Shown: positions 19,455 through 29,741 of the stretch, in pieces
Numbering within the stretch: position 1 is the stretch's first letter
How the letters are laid out: each line of letters starts with the position of its first letter
Assembly (NCBI RefSeq): GCF_030731595.1
Contig: NZ_JANQTS010000009.1
Location: 7-64,006, forward strand
Reading direction: 5' to 3'
Source: Yoonia sp.
Lineage (GTDB): Bacteria; Pseudomonadota; Alphaproteobacteria; Rhodobacterales; Rhodobacteraceae
Length of the DNA: 64,000 nt
Program-made: the position numbers and the translations under genes
Notes under the pieces: generated by a model
What the model was told of the DNA's origin: nothing
What the model saw: only the letters and a program-made list of their open reading frames with translations
Databases searched by the model: none

Positions 19455-21335
19455 ATGCAAAAACCATCAGACAATCCTGCCGACCCGTTCAAGAAAGCGC
19501 TCGCCGAAGCGACGAAAGTCATGGCGGACGATCCTGAACTTGCGATCACCTATTCCGTAGACCCTGCCGGCCAGACCGCCGATACGATCCGCTTGCCGCA
19601 GGTCTCGCGCCGCATGACGCGCGAGGAAGTGCTACTGGCCCGCGGCACTGCTGACGCTTTTGCACTGCGCCACAAGTTTCACGACCCCAAGGTTGCAGCC
19701 CGCTACATGCCGCAAGGACAGATGGCCCAAGATCTCTACGAGGCGATGGAAACAGCCCGCATCGAGGCTGTAGGCGCGCAGTACATGCCGGGCACTGCGG
19801 GCAATATCGATGCCAAAATCGGCAGCGAGGCGCAACGCAAAGGCTATGACCAGATCACGCAGGCCGCCGATGCGCCGCTTGCGGTTGCCGCCGGATACCT
19901 GATCCGCCACCTTGCCACCGGTCGGGACCTGCCCAAAGGTGCCGACAATGTCATGGAACTCTGGCGCGGGTTCATCGAAGATCACTGTGGTGGTACTCTG
20001 GAGAACCTTTCCAAGACATTGAACAACCAGCAAGACTTTGCGAAATTCGCCCGTCAGCTGATCAGCGACATGGGCTATGGCGACCAGCTGGGCGATGACC
20101 CCGACAACCTTGACGACGATATGGACGACGAGGCCGAAGAAGGCCAGGACGACGACCAGAACGAACCGGACAGCACAGGCGAGGATGACAGCGAAGGCGA
20201 TGAAGCCGAAGGTACGCCAGAGCAAAGTCAAGAAGACAGCCAGGATGCCAGCCAGGCACAGGTCAGCATGGACGATCAGGCCGACGCCGAAATGGGCGAA
20301 GAGGCTGAAATGCCCGAAGGCGAGGCTCCGATGGAGCCACCTGCGCCACAACCGGTGTCGGACGCCGACCCTGACTACAAAGTCTTCACGACCGAATTTG
20401 ACGAGGAAATCAGCGCAGCGGATTTGGCAGAGCCGGTCGAATTGGAACGCCTGCGTGCCTACCTTGATCAGCAGCTAGAACCGCTGAAGGGCGCGGTTAG
20501 CCGATTGGCTAACAAACTTCAGCGCCGCCTGCAGGCACAACAGAACCGGTCGTGGGAGTTTGACCGCGAAGAGGGTATTCTGGATGCCGGTCGCTTGGCC
20601 CGCGTTGTCGCCTCTCCGACAACACCGCTATCGTTCAAGGTCGAGAAAGACACCGATTTCCGCGATACGGTTGTAACCTTGCTGCTGGATAATTCGGGCT
20701 CTATGCGGGGCCGCCCGATTTCCATCGCGGCGATCTGTGCCGATGTGATGGCGCGCACGCTGGAACGCTGCGATGTGAAGGTCGAGATTCTGGGCTTTAC
20801 CACCAAGGCGTGGAAAGGCGGACAGTCGCGTGAAAAATGGCTGGCCGAGGGGCGCAGTGCGACGCCCGGCCGCCTGAATGATCTGCGCCATATCATCTAT
20901 AAATCCGCCGATGCCCCGTGGCGCCGGACCCGCCCGAACCTTGGGCTGATGATGAAAGAGGGCCTGCTGAAGGAAAATATCGACGGTGAGGCGCTGGAAT
21001 GGGCGCACCGCCGTATGGTGGGCCGCCCAGAGCAGCGTAAAGTGCTGATGGTCATCTCGGACGGAGCACCGGTGGACGATTCGACTTTGTCCGTTAACCC
21101 TGCGAATTATCTGGAAAAACACCTGCGTGACGTGATTGCGATGGTCGAAAAACGCAAAGCTGTCGAACTGGTCGCCATCGGGATCGGCCATGATGTGACC
21201 CGCTACTATCAGCGCGCGGTCACGATCACGGATGTCGAACAGCTTGCCGGCGCGATGACCGAACAACTGGCCAGTCTTTTTGATAGCGACCCACGCAAAC
21301 GCGCCCGCGTCCTGGGGATGCGCAAGGTCGGATAG
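19455..21335 (+). CDS. cobT: Cobaltochelatase subunit CobT (vWA domain)
   Basis: Acidic linker, MIDAS motif [19 protein letters not shown] and ISDGAPVDD. Confidence 0.95.
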   Translation: MQKPSDNPADPFKKALAEATKVMADDPELAITYSVDPAGQTADTIRLPQVSRRMTREEVLLARGTADAFALRHKFHDPKVAARYMPQGQMAQDLYEAMETARIEAVGAQYMPGTAGNIDAKIGSEAQRKGYDQITQAADAPLAVAAGYLIRHLATGRDLPKGADNVMELWRGFIEDHCGGTLENLSKTLNNQQDFAKFARQLISDMGYGDQLGDDPDNLDDDMDDEAEEGQDDDQNEPDSTGEDDSEGDEAEGTPEQSQEDSQDASQAQVSMDDQADAEMGEEAEMPEGEAPMEPPAPQPVSDADPDYKVFTTEFDEEISAADLAEPVELERLRAYLDQQLEPLKGAVSRLANKLQRRLQAQQNRSWEFDREEGILDAGRLARVVASPTTPLSFKVEKDTDFRDTVVTLLLDNSGSMRGRPISIAAICADVMARTLERCDVKVEILGFTTKAWKGGQSREKWLAEGRSATPGRLNDLRHIIYKSADAPWRRTRPNLGLMMKEGLLKENIDGEALEWAHRRMVGRPEQRKVLMVISDGAPVDDSTLSVNPANYLEKHLRDVIAMVEKRKAVELVAIGIGHDVTRYYQRAVTITDVEQLAGAMTEQLASLFDSDPRKRARVLGMRKVG

Positions 21336-21385
21336 CGCATGGCGCGACAGTTTGCTTGGACACAAAAAGAGGCTGGGGCTTAAGT

Positions 21386-23170
21386 ATGTTTCAAACGTTT
21401 GAGTCCCAATCCTCACCCGAACAGGGGCCACCACGACTAAGCGCCTTGCGCGCTGTCATGGCCACGCGCGGCTTTGATGCATTTCTGGTCCCCCGCGCCG
21501 ATGCACATCAGGGCGAATACGTAGCCCCGCGCGATGCACGTCTGGAGTGGCTGACAGGATTCTCTGGCTCTGCGGGGTTTTGCGCGGTGCTGCATGACCG
21601 GGCCGGTGTCTTTATTGATGGCCGCTACCGTCTACAGGTCCGCGCGCAAATCGCCGATGTCTATACACCTGTCCATTGGCCGGAAACACAGCTTGATGCA
21701 TGGCTGTCCGACCACCTGACACAGGGGGCGGTGATCGCCTACGATCCTTGGCTTCATACCGTCGATGAAATCGCAGGGCTGCGCAAGAAACTGAAAGACT
21801 ATATGCTCGTGGCGACGGACAACCTTGTTGATGCCATCTGGGACAATCAACCGCCCCCCCCAAAAGCACCCTTCACCGCCCATGCGCTTGAGCATGCAGG
21901 AAAGTCCCACGACGAAAAACGGGCAATGCTGGCTGCAGACCTAGAGGCAGATACGGCTGTCCTGACCTTGCCGGACAGTATCGCCTGGCTGTTGAATATC
22001 CGTGGCACCGACATCGCACGCAATCCCGTGCCGCAGGCCTTTGCACTTTTGCACAAGGGTGGACAGGTTGATCTATTCGCGGGCGCAGGCAAGGCTGACG
22101 ACATCCGCGATCACTTGGGTCCGCAGGTCGCGGTGCATGAGATCGACAGCTTTGTTGCGGCGCTGAAGGACCTGGAGGGCGCAGCACTCATCGACCCAAA
22201 GACCTGCCCCGATCTGGTTGCAACGACGCTCGCGGATGCCAACGTCGAGATCATCAAGGGCAAAGATCCCTGCATCCTGCCCAAGGCCTGCAAGAATGAG
22301 ACAGAGATCGCAGGCGCCAAAGCCGCACAGGCCCGTGATGCGGTGGCCATGGTGCGCTTTCTGGCATGGCTCGATGCGCAAGCGCCCAAGGGCGGCTTGA
22401 CAGAGATCGACGTGGTCAAGGCGCTTGAAGGGTTCCGGATGCAGACCAACGCCCTGCGCGACATCAGCTTCGAGACGATCTGCGGAGCGGGCCCGAACGG
22501 GGCGATTGTCCATTACCGTGTCAGTCAGCAAACAAACCGGCCCGTTGTGCCAGGTGAATTACTGTTGGTCGATAGCGGCGGGCAATATGTGGATGGCACC
22601 ACCGACATCACGCGCACAATCGCCATCGGCACTCCGACCGATCTACACCGCACGCAGTATACCCGCGTTTTGCAAGGGATGATCGCTGTCAGCCGCATCC
22701 GCTTTCCCTATGGTGTCGGGGGTCAGCATCTGGATGCTTTGGCACGCGCACCGCTTTGGATGGCGGGGCAGGACTATGATCACGGGACAGGGCATGGCGT
22801 CGGCAGCTATCTCAGCGTCCATGAAGGCCCGCAAGGCATTTCACGCCGCTCCGAGATCGCTTTGGAAGCAGGGATGATCTTGTCCAACGAACCGGGCTAC
22901 TACCGTGAAGGTGCTTTTGGCATCCGGATCGAAAATCTGATTGTCGTGATCAAGGCCCCCGCGCTCGCGGGTGGTGATGACCGCAACATGCTTTGCTTTG
23001 AAACCCTGACCCATGTGCCGTTTGACAGACGGTTGATTGACAGCAATCTGCTCTCTTTTGCAGAACGGGACTGGATTGATCGCTATCATGCCGATACATT
23101 GTCGCTTCTGGCACCCCGCATGGACAGGCAAACGCTTGAATGGCTGACGCAGGCCTGCGCGCCGCTTTGA
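21386..23170 (+). CDS. Aminopeptidase P family (M24B) Xaa-Pro aminopeptidase
   Basis: DSGGQYVDGTTDITRT, HGTGHGVG, VHEGP, SNEPGYY and IRIEN motifs. Confidence 0.93.
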   Translation: MFQTFESQSSPEQGPPRLSALRAVMATRGFDAFLVPRADAHQGEYVAPRDARLEWLTGFSGSAGFCAVLHDRAGVFIDGRYRLQVRAQIADVYTPVHWPETQLDAWLSDHLTQGAVIAYDPWLHTVDEIAGLRKKLKDYMLVATDNLVDAIWDNQPPPPKAPFTAHALEHAGKSHDEKRAMLAADLEADTAVLTLPDSIAWLLNIRGTDIARNPVPQAFALLHKGGQVDLFAGAGKADDIRDHLGPQVAVHEIDSFVAALKDLEGAALIDPKTCPDLVATTLADANVEIIKGKDPCILPKACKNETEIAGAKAAQARDAVAMVRFLAWLDAQAPKGGLTEIDVVKALEGFRMQTNALRDISFETICGAGPNGAIVHYRVSQQTNRPVVPGELLLVDSGGQYVDGTTDITRTIAIGTPTDLHRTQYTRVLQGMIAVSRIRFPYGVGGQHLDALARAPLWMAGQDYDHGTGHGVGSYLSVHEGPQGISRRSEIALEAGMILSNEPGYYREGAFGIRIENLIVVIKAPALAGGDDRNMLCFETLTHVPFDRRLIDSNLLSFAERDWIDRYHADTLSLLAPRMDRQTLEWLTQACAPL

Positions 23171-23249
23171 CATCATACTGTCATCTTGGGCATGGACGGT
23201 GGTTGTCCAATCACGGCAATGCGCCGCAATAAACGAGGAGGACCGCAAT

Positions 23250-23591
23250 ATGGCCGACCACATCAAAATTCGTCCTGCAACGGGCACTTGGGTTGTTCGC
23301 GCAGGTGGTGCTGTCTTGGGTGAAAGCACCAACGCGCTTGAGCTGGTGGAAGGTGACTATCCGCCCGTCATCTATTTCCCGCGCGCGGACCTCGCGATGG
23401 CCTTTTTTGAACCGACCGATCTTTTGACCACTTGCCCTTACAAGGGGAAGGCCAGCTATTACACAATCGTTGCAAAGAGCGGTCCGATCGCGAATGCCGC
23501 ATGGTCCTACGAGAGCCCGAACGAAGATGTCGCCGCTCTTAAGGATCATCTCGCCTTCTATACCAACAAGGTCGCGGTAGAGCAGGTTTAG
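23250..23591 (+). CDS. DUF427 family protein
   Basis: YFPRADL, TTCPYKGKASYY and AWSYE motifs; GAGGAGG RBS. Confidence 0.88.
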   Translation: MADHIKIRPATGTWVVRAGGAVLGESTNALELVEGDYPPVIYFPRADLAMAFFEPTDLLTTCPYKGKASYYTIVAKSGPIANAAWSYESPNEDVAALKDHLAFYTNKVAVEQV

Positions 23592-25276
23592 GAATGCTCT
23601 TCGGCTGCCGTCTCTGACAAGGCCCTGTTCATCGCACGCAGTGCGTCCACCTGAAACAGTGCGCCCCAAAGCTCGGGCGGCGAATCTTCGCCCCCCAAGG
23701 TTACAACAGGGATAAAGCGCGGGCCTGCCCGCTCGAAGATCGGCATGGCCTGTTCCAAAGTCGCATTCCCATCGACATAGATCCCATCGCGCACCAGATC
23801 CCAGCATTCATCCTCTGGGATTGTATCTGGCCCCTTGAGATCACGCATGATGCTTGAGACTTTGAAGGTGGCAAGCAGATAGGCTTGCGGGCCAGCCGCG
23901 AGATGCACGTTGCGCCGTTCCAACTGTGTCAGAAAGAATGACCGGTCAACCAAGCGCGATGACAGCGCAGACGAGAGCGACACCGCAACCATGACAGCAA
24001 GGCCGGTCTGCCAGTCGCCTGTCAGCTCAAACACGATCAGGGTTGTTGAAATCGGCGCTCCCAGCACCGCTGCGGCCACAGCGCCCATCCCGGCCAAGGC
24101 ATAGAGCGTACCGCTGCCCGACACTGTGGGAAAGACCGCCGTGGCGATGGTGCCAAAAGCCAGCCCTGTCAAAGCACCAATCATCAAGGACGGAGAGAAA
24201 ACGCCGCCGCCCATCCGTCCGCCCATGGTGATGGCGACGGCAACGACCTTGAGGATCACAAAGACGATGGCCTCATGCCACAGCAAACTGCCGGTCAATG
24301 CGGCGGATGTCGTCTCGTAACCAACACCGATGATATGCGGCCACCAGATCGCCAGCCCCCCCAGCAGCGCACCTGCAATGGCCGGACGCAAGAACCGCGG
24401 GATGCCTGTTTCCTTCTGGATATAAGACCCAAAATCATCCGCCCAGAAGATCGCCTTCATAAGGGCAACCGCCACAAGGCCGCAGACAAGGCCAAGGATC
24501 AGGAACGCGGGCAACTCGACATAAAAGCCAAGTGCGTTTTGCCCGGGAAGGCTGAATTCTGTCACATCGCCAAAAACCAGCCGGTTGATCACAGTCCCCA
24601 CCGCCGAGGCAATCACGATCGGGGCGAAGGCGTGGACTGCAAAATGCCGCAGGACAACCTCCAGCGCAAAAAGCGCACCGGCAATCGGCGCATTGAAGCT
24701 TGCAGAAACAGCCGCCGCGACAGCGCAACCAAGAAGGTCCCGACCGGTGATCCCATTGGCATTGATCCACCGGCATACGACAGTCGAGATGACCGCCGCA
24801 AGATGCACCACAGGCCCTTCCCGCCCGGTGGAGCCACCGGTGGACAGCGTAATCAACGACGCCGCAGCAGAGGCCAGCCCGCGGCGGACTTCGACACGTC
24901 CCTCTGCCAGCGCAGCCCCTTCGATCACGTCTGCAACCGAACGTACCCGGCCATCATCGGTAAAACGATCTAGAATAAGACCAACAACCAAGCCGCCACA
25001 TATCGGGATCAGCAAGATCTGATACCACGCCAGACCCGCCGCGAAGGAATGCAAGGTCAGCACATCATCGGTGCCATAGGCTGCTGTCTGGATGGCATAA
25101 ATGCCAAGCCGAAAAAGAACCGCCACGCAACCCGCAGCAACACCGACAGCCAAAGCGATAAACCAAAACTGGATCTGGTTTGGGCCATGTCTGCGCATGA
25201 CACGGGCGGCATCACGGCAAGCTTGTGTTGCATCAGCAATCCCTTGCTGTAGCAACACTTTTGCTGGCTTGCCCAT
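23588..25276 (-). CDS. CLC chloride channel/transporter family protein with C-terminal CBS-like region
   Basis: GREGP, FNAPIAGALFALE, GGVFSP and APISTTLIVFELTGD motifs. Start uncertain (ATG 25276 chosen). Confidence 0.9.
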   Translation of the reverse strand: MGKPAKVLLQQGIADATQACRDAARVMRRHGPNQIQFWFIALAVGVAAGCVAVLFRLGIYAIQTAAYGTDDVLTLHSFAAGLAWYQILLIPICGGLVVGLILDRFTDDGRVRSVADVIEGAALAEGRVEVRRGLASAAASLITLSTGGSTGREGPVVHLAAVISTVVCRWINANGITGRDLLGCAVAAAVSASFNAPIAGALFALEVVLRHFAVHAFAPIVIASAVGTVINRLVFGDVTEFSLPGQNALGFYVELPAFLILGLVCGLVAVALMKAIFWADDFGSYIQKETGIPRFLRPAIAGALLGGLAIWWPHIIGVGYETTSAALTGSLLWHEAIVFVILKVVAVAITMGGRMGGGVFSPSLMIGALTGLAFGTIATAVFPTVSGSGTLYALAGMGAVAAAVLGAPISTTLIVFELTGDWQTGLAVMVAVSLSSALSSRLVDRSFFLTQLERRNVHLAAGPQAYLLATFKVSSIMRDLKGPDTIPEDECWDLVRDGIYVDGNATLEQAMPIFERAGPRFIPVVTLGGEDSPPELWGALFQVDALRAMNRALSETAAEEHS

Positions 25277-25975
25277 AAAGTCTGCTTTCTCAAAAGCGGT
25301 GCAGCGCGGCACGGTCAGAAAATGCACCCGAAAACAAAGGCCGGGACGGTGGTGATGTAGTATTTCAACTGCATCGGGCATCCAAGAAGTTTCTGGATGT
25401 CCACGCAAAGGAACGACGCCGTTGGTCACTGTCCAACCGATTTTGATGTCGCGCAGAGCCCTGAAGAAAAGAAGCCATCAAGATGCCTAAATTTTGCCCT
25501 GATTCTCAAAATTGCGCGCCAAAATACAACCAATGCGATAGCTCTTGGAGTCAGTCTAGCATCTCGCACCCGCCGGCGACTATATGCCCACCAGACACGG
25601 CAGAGAGTGTCGGATTAAGAATATGCCTTTATTTACTGATTTTATTAAAACTTTTTCGGTATTGTATCGATCATTTTCCCATGAATACGAAAGATAGAGT
25701 TATCAACCCCTGATAGTTATGTCAGTAATAGTGACATACTTTGGTATAGGTTGTCCGTCTTCCCCCCTCTTGTTACCCATACGTCAAGGGGCGTGTTGGT
25801 GCCTCGCTGTCAGTAACCAGTGACCAAGTACCGACCTGCATTGTTGCCAGATCGTGCTTAATTTAAAGAGGGGGCAAGTCTTTTGGACCCTCTAAAAATG
25901 AACGACGTGTATCGAGGAGGTGAGTGGCCGAGATACGCAGGTATGAGTGGGCTGTGGGTAAGGGGTGCAAGTTCA

Positions 25976-26007
25976 GGGCGTCGCATGTTGCGGCGCCCAT
26001 TGTTTTT
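25976..26007 (+). terminator. Terminator-like hairpin whose U-tract is on the + strand (faces recN)
   Basis: GGGCGTCGC-ATGTT-GCGGCGCCC followed by ATTGTTTTT; no U-tract on the minus side. Confidence 0.55.
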
Positions 26008-27656
26008 CAGGCTTTGATCAGCGCCCGTGCTGCTGCCCGTGCCGCCTCTGTCACGGTGTCGCCAGACAGCATCCGTGCGATTTCATCAACCCGCGCCGCT
26101 GCATCAAGAGCGACGACTGTTGATCTTGTCTCATCCTTCGTCTGCTGCTTTTCAACACGCCAATGGTGCCCGCCAAGTGCAGCAACTTGAGGTGAGTGCG
26201 TAACGACCAGCACCTGACCGCCTTCCGCCAGTTCTGCCAACCGCCGCCCCACCGCATCGGCGGTGGCCCCTCCAACGCCACGGTCGATCTCGTCAAAGAT
26301 CATGGTAAGACCGTCGCTGGCTTGGGTCAGGCAAACCTTCAGCGCCAAAAGAAAGCGGCTAAGTTCGCCACCTGATGCAATCTTGTTCAGCGGGCCAGCA
26401 GGCGCACCGGGATTGGTGGCGACGGTAAATGCCACCGCATCAATCCCATCAGGGCCCGGCTCTGCCACAGAGAGTGCGGTGGCAAAGACCGCGCGCTCCA
26501 TCTTGAGCGGTGCCAGTTCTTGCGCCATGGCGGCGTCCAGCGCCCTGGCTGCCTTGCTGCGCTTGTCACGCAACGAGGTTGCAGCCTGATCATAGTCCGC
26601 TTTGGCACCACTCACCTTTGCTTGCAGCGCCGCCAAATCACGCGCACCGTCGTCCAGAATGGCCAATCGGCTGCGCAATTCATCTGCAAAGCCGCGCAAG
26701 TCATCTGGCAAAACGCTGTGTTTGCGCGCCAGTCCACGGATCGCGAACAAGCGCTCTTCGACGTCTTCCAAGTCCGATATGTTGAAGGATAGGGCATCCA
26801 GACAGTCGGCGACGCCCCGCTGGGCTTCATCAAGGGCCAGCATCGCGGTCTCGATCGCCTCTAGTGGCGCGTCAAGTCGCCCTTCGGCCTCTGTGGCGAC
26901 GCCCTGCAGCCAGCGTGACGCATCCCCGACAAGGCCCTCTGCGCCATTCAGCCCCAAGGCTTCTGCAGCTTTACCGATATCGGCACGGATCTTCTCGGAA
27001 GCTTGCATCAACCGGCGCTGGGTATCCAGCGCAGCCTCCTCTCCGGCCTCTGGCGCTAGCGCATCCAGTTCCGCCACCGCATGGCGCAGATAGTCTTCCT
27101 CGGCCCGTGCCGCTGCAATACGGGTTTCAGCAGCGGCCAAGTCCCGCTGCGCCGAGGATAAAAGACGCCAGTGAGTCCGGACAATATCAAGGTCGCCATC
27201 AAGCATGGCAAAGGCATCCAGCATCTGCCGGTGGCCACGCGGATTAAGGAGCCCACGGTCATCATGCTGCCCGTGCAATTCAACAAGCGTATCCGAAAGG
27301 GCGCGCAGCACGTCCCCGCTCACACGCCGGTCATTGACCCAAGCGGTTTTGCGCCCGTCACGGGAATTGATCCGACGCAAGATCAGTTCGTCTTCGACAA
27401 CGATCCCTGCCTCTTGCAGAACGGCACGTGCAGGATGGTCTGCCGCCAGGTCAAACCAGGCGGTGACTTCGCCTTGTTCTGCCCCCTGCCGCACCAGTTC
27501 CGCCCTGCCCCGCCAGCCCAGAACGAAACCCAGCGCATCCAGCAGAATTGATTTTCCGGCACCGGTCTCTCCGGTCAGCACATTCAGACCAGGCTGAAAC
27601 AACAGTTCCAGCCGGTCGATAATGAGCATGTCCCTGATGTCTAAGCCACGCAGCAT
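26007..27656 (-). CDS. recN: DNA repair protein RecN
   Basis: Walker A TGETGAGKS, HGQHD, ASGGELSR, IFDEID and VTHSPQVA motifs. Confidence 0.97.
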   Translation of the reverse strand: MLRGLDIRDMLIIDRLELLFQPGLNVLTGETGAGKSILLDALGFVLGWRGRAELVRQGAEQGEVTAWFDLAADHPARAVLQEAGIVVEDELILRRINSRDGRKTAWVNDRRVSGDVLRALSDTLVELHGQHDDRGLLNPRGHRQMLDAFAMLDGDLDIVRTHWRLLSSAQRDLAAAETRIAAARAEEDYLRHAVAELDALAPEAGEEAALDTQRRLMQASEKIRADIGKAAEALGLNGAEGLVGDASRWLQGVATEAEGRLDAPLEAIETAMLALDEAQRGVADCLDALSFNISDLEDVEERLFAIRGLARKHSVLPDDLRGFADELRSRLAILDDGARDLAALQAKVSGAKADYDQAATSLRDKRSKAARALDAAMAQELAPLKMERAVFATALSVAEPGPDGIDAVAFTVATNPGAPAGPLNKIASGGELSRFLLALKVCLTQASDGLTMIFDEIDRGVGGATADAVGRRLAELAEGGQVLVVTHSPQVAALGGHHWRVEKQQTKDETRSTVVALDAAARVDEIARMLSGDTVTEAARAAARALIKA

Positions 27657-27692
27657 GACAAGGCCCAAGGGGCGGGGATGCCCCCGCGATGT

Positions 27693-28541
27693 TTACAGCC
27701 ACTCGCCACGAAGGACCTGCCGATAGATCGACGCGAGCCAGTTGTCACCTGCCGCATCAGCCGAAAGACCGGCGCCAGTCAGCAGGGCAAAGCTTGACTC
27801 GTACCATTCGCTTGACTGGTAGTTATAGCCAAGGATGGCACCCGCCGTCTGTGCCTCTTCAACAAGCCCGAGCGACAGATAGCATTCGACCAGCCGGTGC
27901 AAGGCCTCTGCGGTATGCGTGGTGGTCTGGAAATCCTCGACAACAGTCCGGAAACGATTGGCCGCAGCAACGAAGTTGCCACGCTTGAGATAGTAGCGAC
28001 CAATTTCCATTTCCTTGGCCGCAAGATGATCAAACGCCAGATCGAACTTGAGCACCGATGCACGGGCATATTCGCTGTCAGGATATTGTTCGATGACCCG
28101 ACGCAGTGATTGCAGCGCCTGAAAGGTCAGCCCCTGATCGCGACCGACTTCGTCAATCTGATCGTAGTAGGACAGCGCCAAGAGATAGGCCGCATAAGCT
28201 GCATCTTCCTCGGCTGGGTAGAAATCGAGGTAGCGCTGCGCCGAAGCGCGACTATTGGGGTAATCCTCGTCACGGTGATAAGCAAAGGCCTGCATGATCA
28301 AGGCCCGTTGCGCGAACTCCGAATAGGGATAAAGCCGTTCAATCTCGCCAAAGGTGAAGGCAGCATCATCGGGATTGCCCTGCTCGATCTGGCGCTCGCC
28401 ACGCTCAAAGATCGCCTGCGCACTCAGGTCGTCCAGTGGTTGCCCACTTTGTTCAGCGCCGCAACCCGCGAGGATTGCAAAAGAGATCGCAGCGCCGACA
28501 CGGATGACCCACCGGCTCTTGTTCTCCCTGCTGGCTGACAT
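27693..28541 (-). CDS. bamD: Outer membrane protein assembly factor BamD (lipoprotein)
   Basis: Lipobox LAGC, TPR repeats, HLAAKEMEIGRYY; located between lpxC and recN. Confidence 0.93.
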   Translation of the reverse strand: MSASRENKSRWVIRVGAAISFAILAGCGAEQSGQPLDDLSAQAIFERGERQIEQGNPDDAAFTFGEIERLYPYSEFAQRALIMQAFAYHRDEDYPNSRASAQRYLDFYPAEEDAAYAAYLLALSYYDQIDEVGRDQGLTFQALQSLRRVIEQYPDSEYARASVLKFDLAFDHLAAKEMEIGRYYLKRGNFVAAANRFRTVVEDFQTTTHTAEALHRLVECYLSLGLVEEAQTAGAILGYNYQSSEWYESSFALLTGAGLSADAAGDNWLASIYRQVLRGEWL

Positions 28542-28676
28542 ATTCGGGCCCTCGCTTACGGCTGACTGCTCTGACCGAAGGCGTTCCTACGGCTTATCGA
28601 GGATCGGTCTAGCATAGAAAAATCGGGGGCAAAATGCCTTTTGACCTATTCAAGATCAACTGTCAGTGGGGCTTCT

Positions 28677-29594
28677 TCAGGCGACGGCAGCCAGATCGGC
28701 CGGGCTCACGCCCACTCCGGGCAGGCGGGCGGCAATTTGTGCATCGCAGTCCACCCAACGCCATGCTTGGGGCCTTGCAAAAAGGGCGTGCAGCAACTTG
28801 TTTGTCATCGCATGACCTGCGCGGGTGCCAGTGTAGCGCCCAAGGATTGGCGCGCCCGCAGTGTAAAGATCGCCCAATGCATCAAGCATTTTGTGACGCA
28901 CGGCCTCGTCCGGATGCCGCAGCCCTCCCGGGGTCATAACCTGATCGCCATCAAAGACCACGGCATTTTCAACCGAGCCACCAAGAGCAAGCCCTTTGGC
29001 ATGCATGGCGTCCACATCGGAAGACCGACAGAAGGTGCGACTGTCGCAAAGCTCGCGCACAAATGCGCCATTGGCCATGTTCAGTGTTTTTCTTTGACGC
29101 CCGATCGCTGCGTCAGAAAACTCAATCTCAAAATCAATTTGCAGTGATGCACTGGGGGATAGCGTCGCAAAGGAAAGCCCCTCGGACACCGATACCTCTT
29201 CCAGTATCTCGATGGCGCGCAAAGGTGCGGACAGATGGCACAACCCTGCGCTCACGATGGCACGCACAAAGCTTGCAGCGCTGCCGTCAAGGATTGGAAC
29301 TTCGGGTCCATTAACATCCACAAGTACATTGTGCACGCCACACCCTGCCAGTGCGGCCATCAGATGCTCGATCGTAGAGACTGTGACGCCCGCCGCATTG
29401 CTGAGCCGCGTATTGAGCGGAGACACGATTACATTGCGCCAGAGCGCTGGCAGCATGGGTTGATCGGCCAAGTCAGAACGACGGAACACGATCCCTGTAT
29501 CCGCCGCAGCCGGATGCAAAACAACACGCACGGCCGCACCAGAGTGCAATCCAATGCCCTCAAAAGTAACTTCGGTCTTCAGTGTTGTTTGCAC
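28677..29594 (-). CDS. lpxC: UDP-3-O-acyl-N-acetylglucosamine deacetylase
   Basis: GIGLHSG, STIEHLMAAL, EVPILDGSA and HKMLDALGDL motifs; GTG start at 29594. Confidence 0.95.
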   Translation of the reverse strand: MQTTLKTEVTFEGIGLHSGAAVRVVLHPAAADTGIVFRRSDLADQPMLPALWRNVIVSPLNTRLSNAAGVTVSTIEHLMAALAGCGVHNVLVDVNGPEVPILDGSAASFVRAIVSAGLCHLSAPLRAIEILEEVSVSEGLSFATLSPSASLQIDFEIEFSDAAIGRQRKTLNMANGAFVRELCDSRTFCRSSDVDAMHAKGLALGGSVENAVVFDGDQVMTPGGLRHPDEAVRHKMLDALGDLYTAGAPILGRYTGTRAGHAMTNKLLHALFARPQAWRWVDCDAQIAARLPGVGVSPADLAAVA

Positions 29595-29741
29595 GCTTAT
29601 TTCGCCCTTGCAGCATTTTTGGCCATACCTTGAACTAGGTCTCAATCACGAATCTCTCAACTCACTCTTTACAACGGACTGAAACATGAGATGGCAAGAT
29701 TAAGGCAAGAACAAGATCAGCCAGTTAAGGCATTGAAACAA

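Noticed and set aside
20080-20370. Low-complexity acidic stretch in cobT, and the Pro/Ala/Gln-rich ftsZ linker at ~29900-30440
   Set aside because: Normal features of CobT and alphaproteobacterial FtsZ, not tandem repeats or insertions.
25277-25600. Fluoride riboswitch upstream of the CLC gene
   Set aside because: No convincing crcB-motif pairing, and the protein lacks the CLC-F signatures GNNLI/GREGT/GEVTP.
25483-26190. ORFs 25483-25713 and 25924-26190 as genes
   Set aside because: No motifs. The first has no RBS; the second starts only 3 nt after GGAGG and is mostly antisense to recN.
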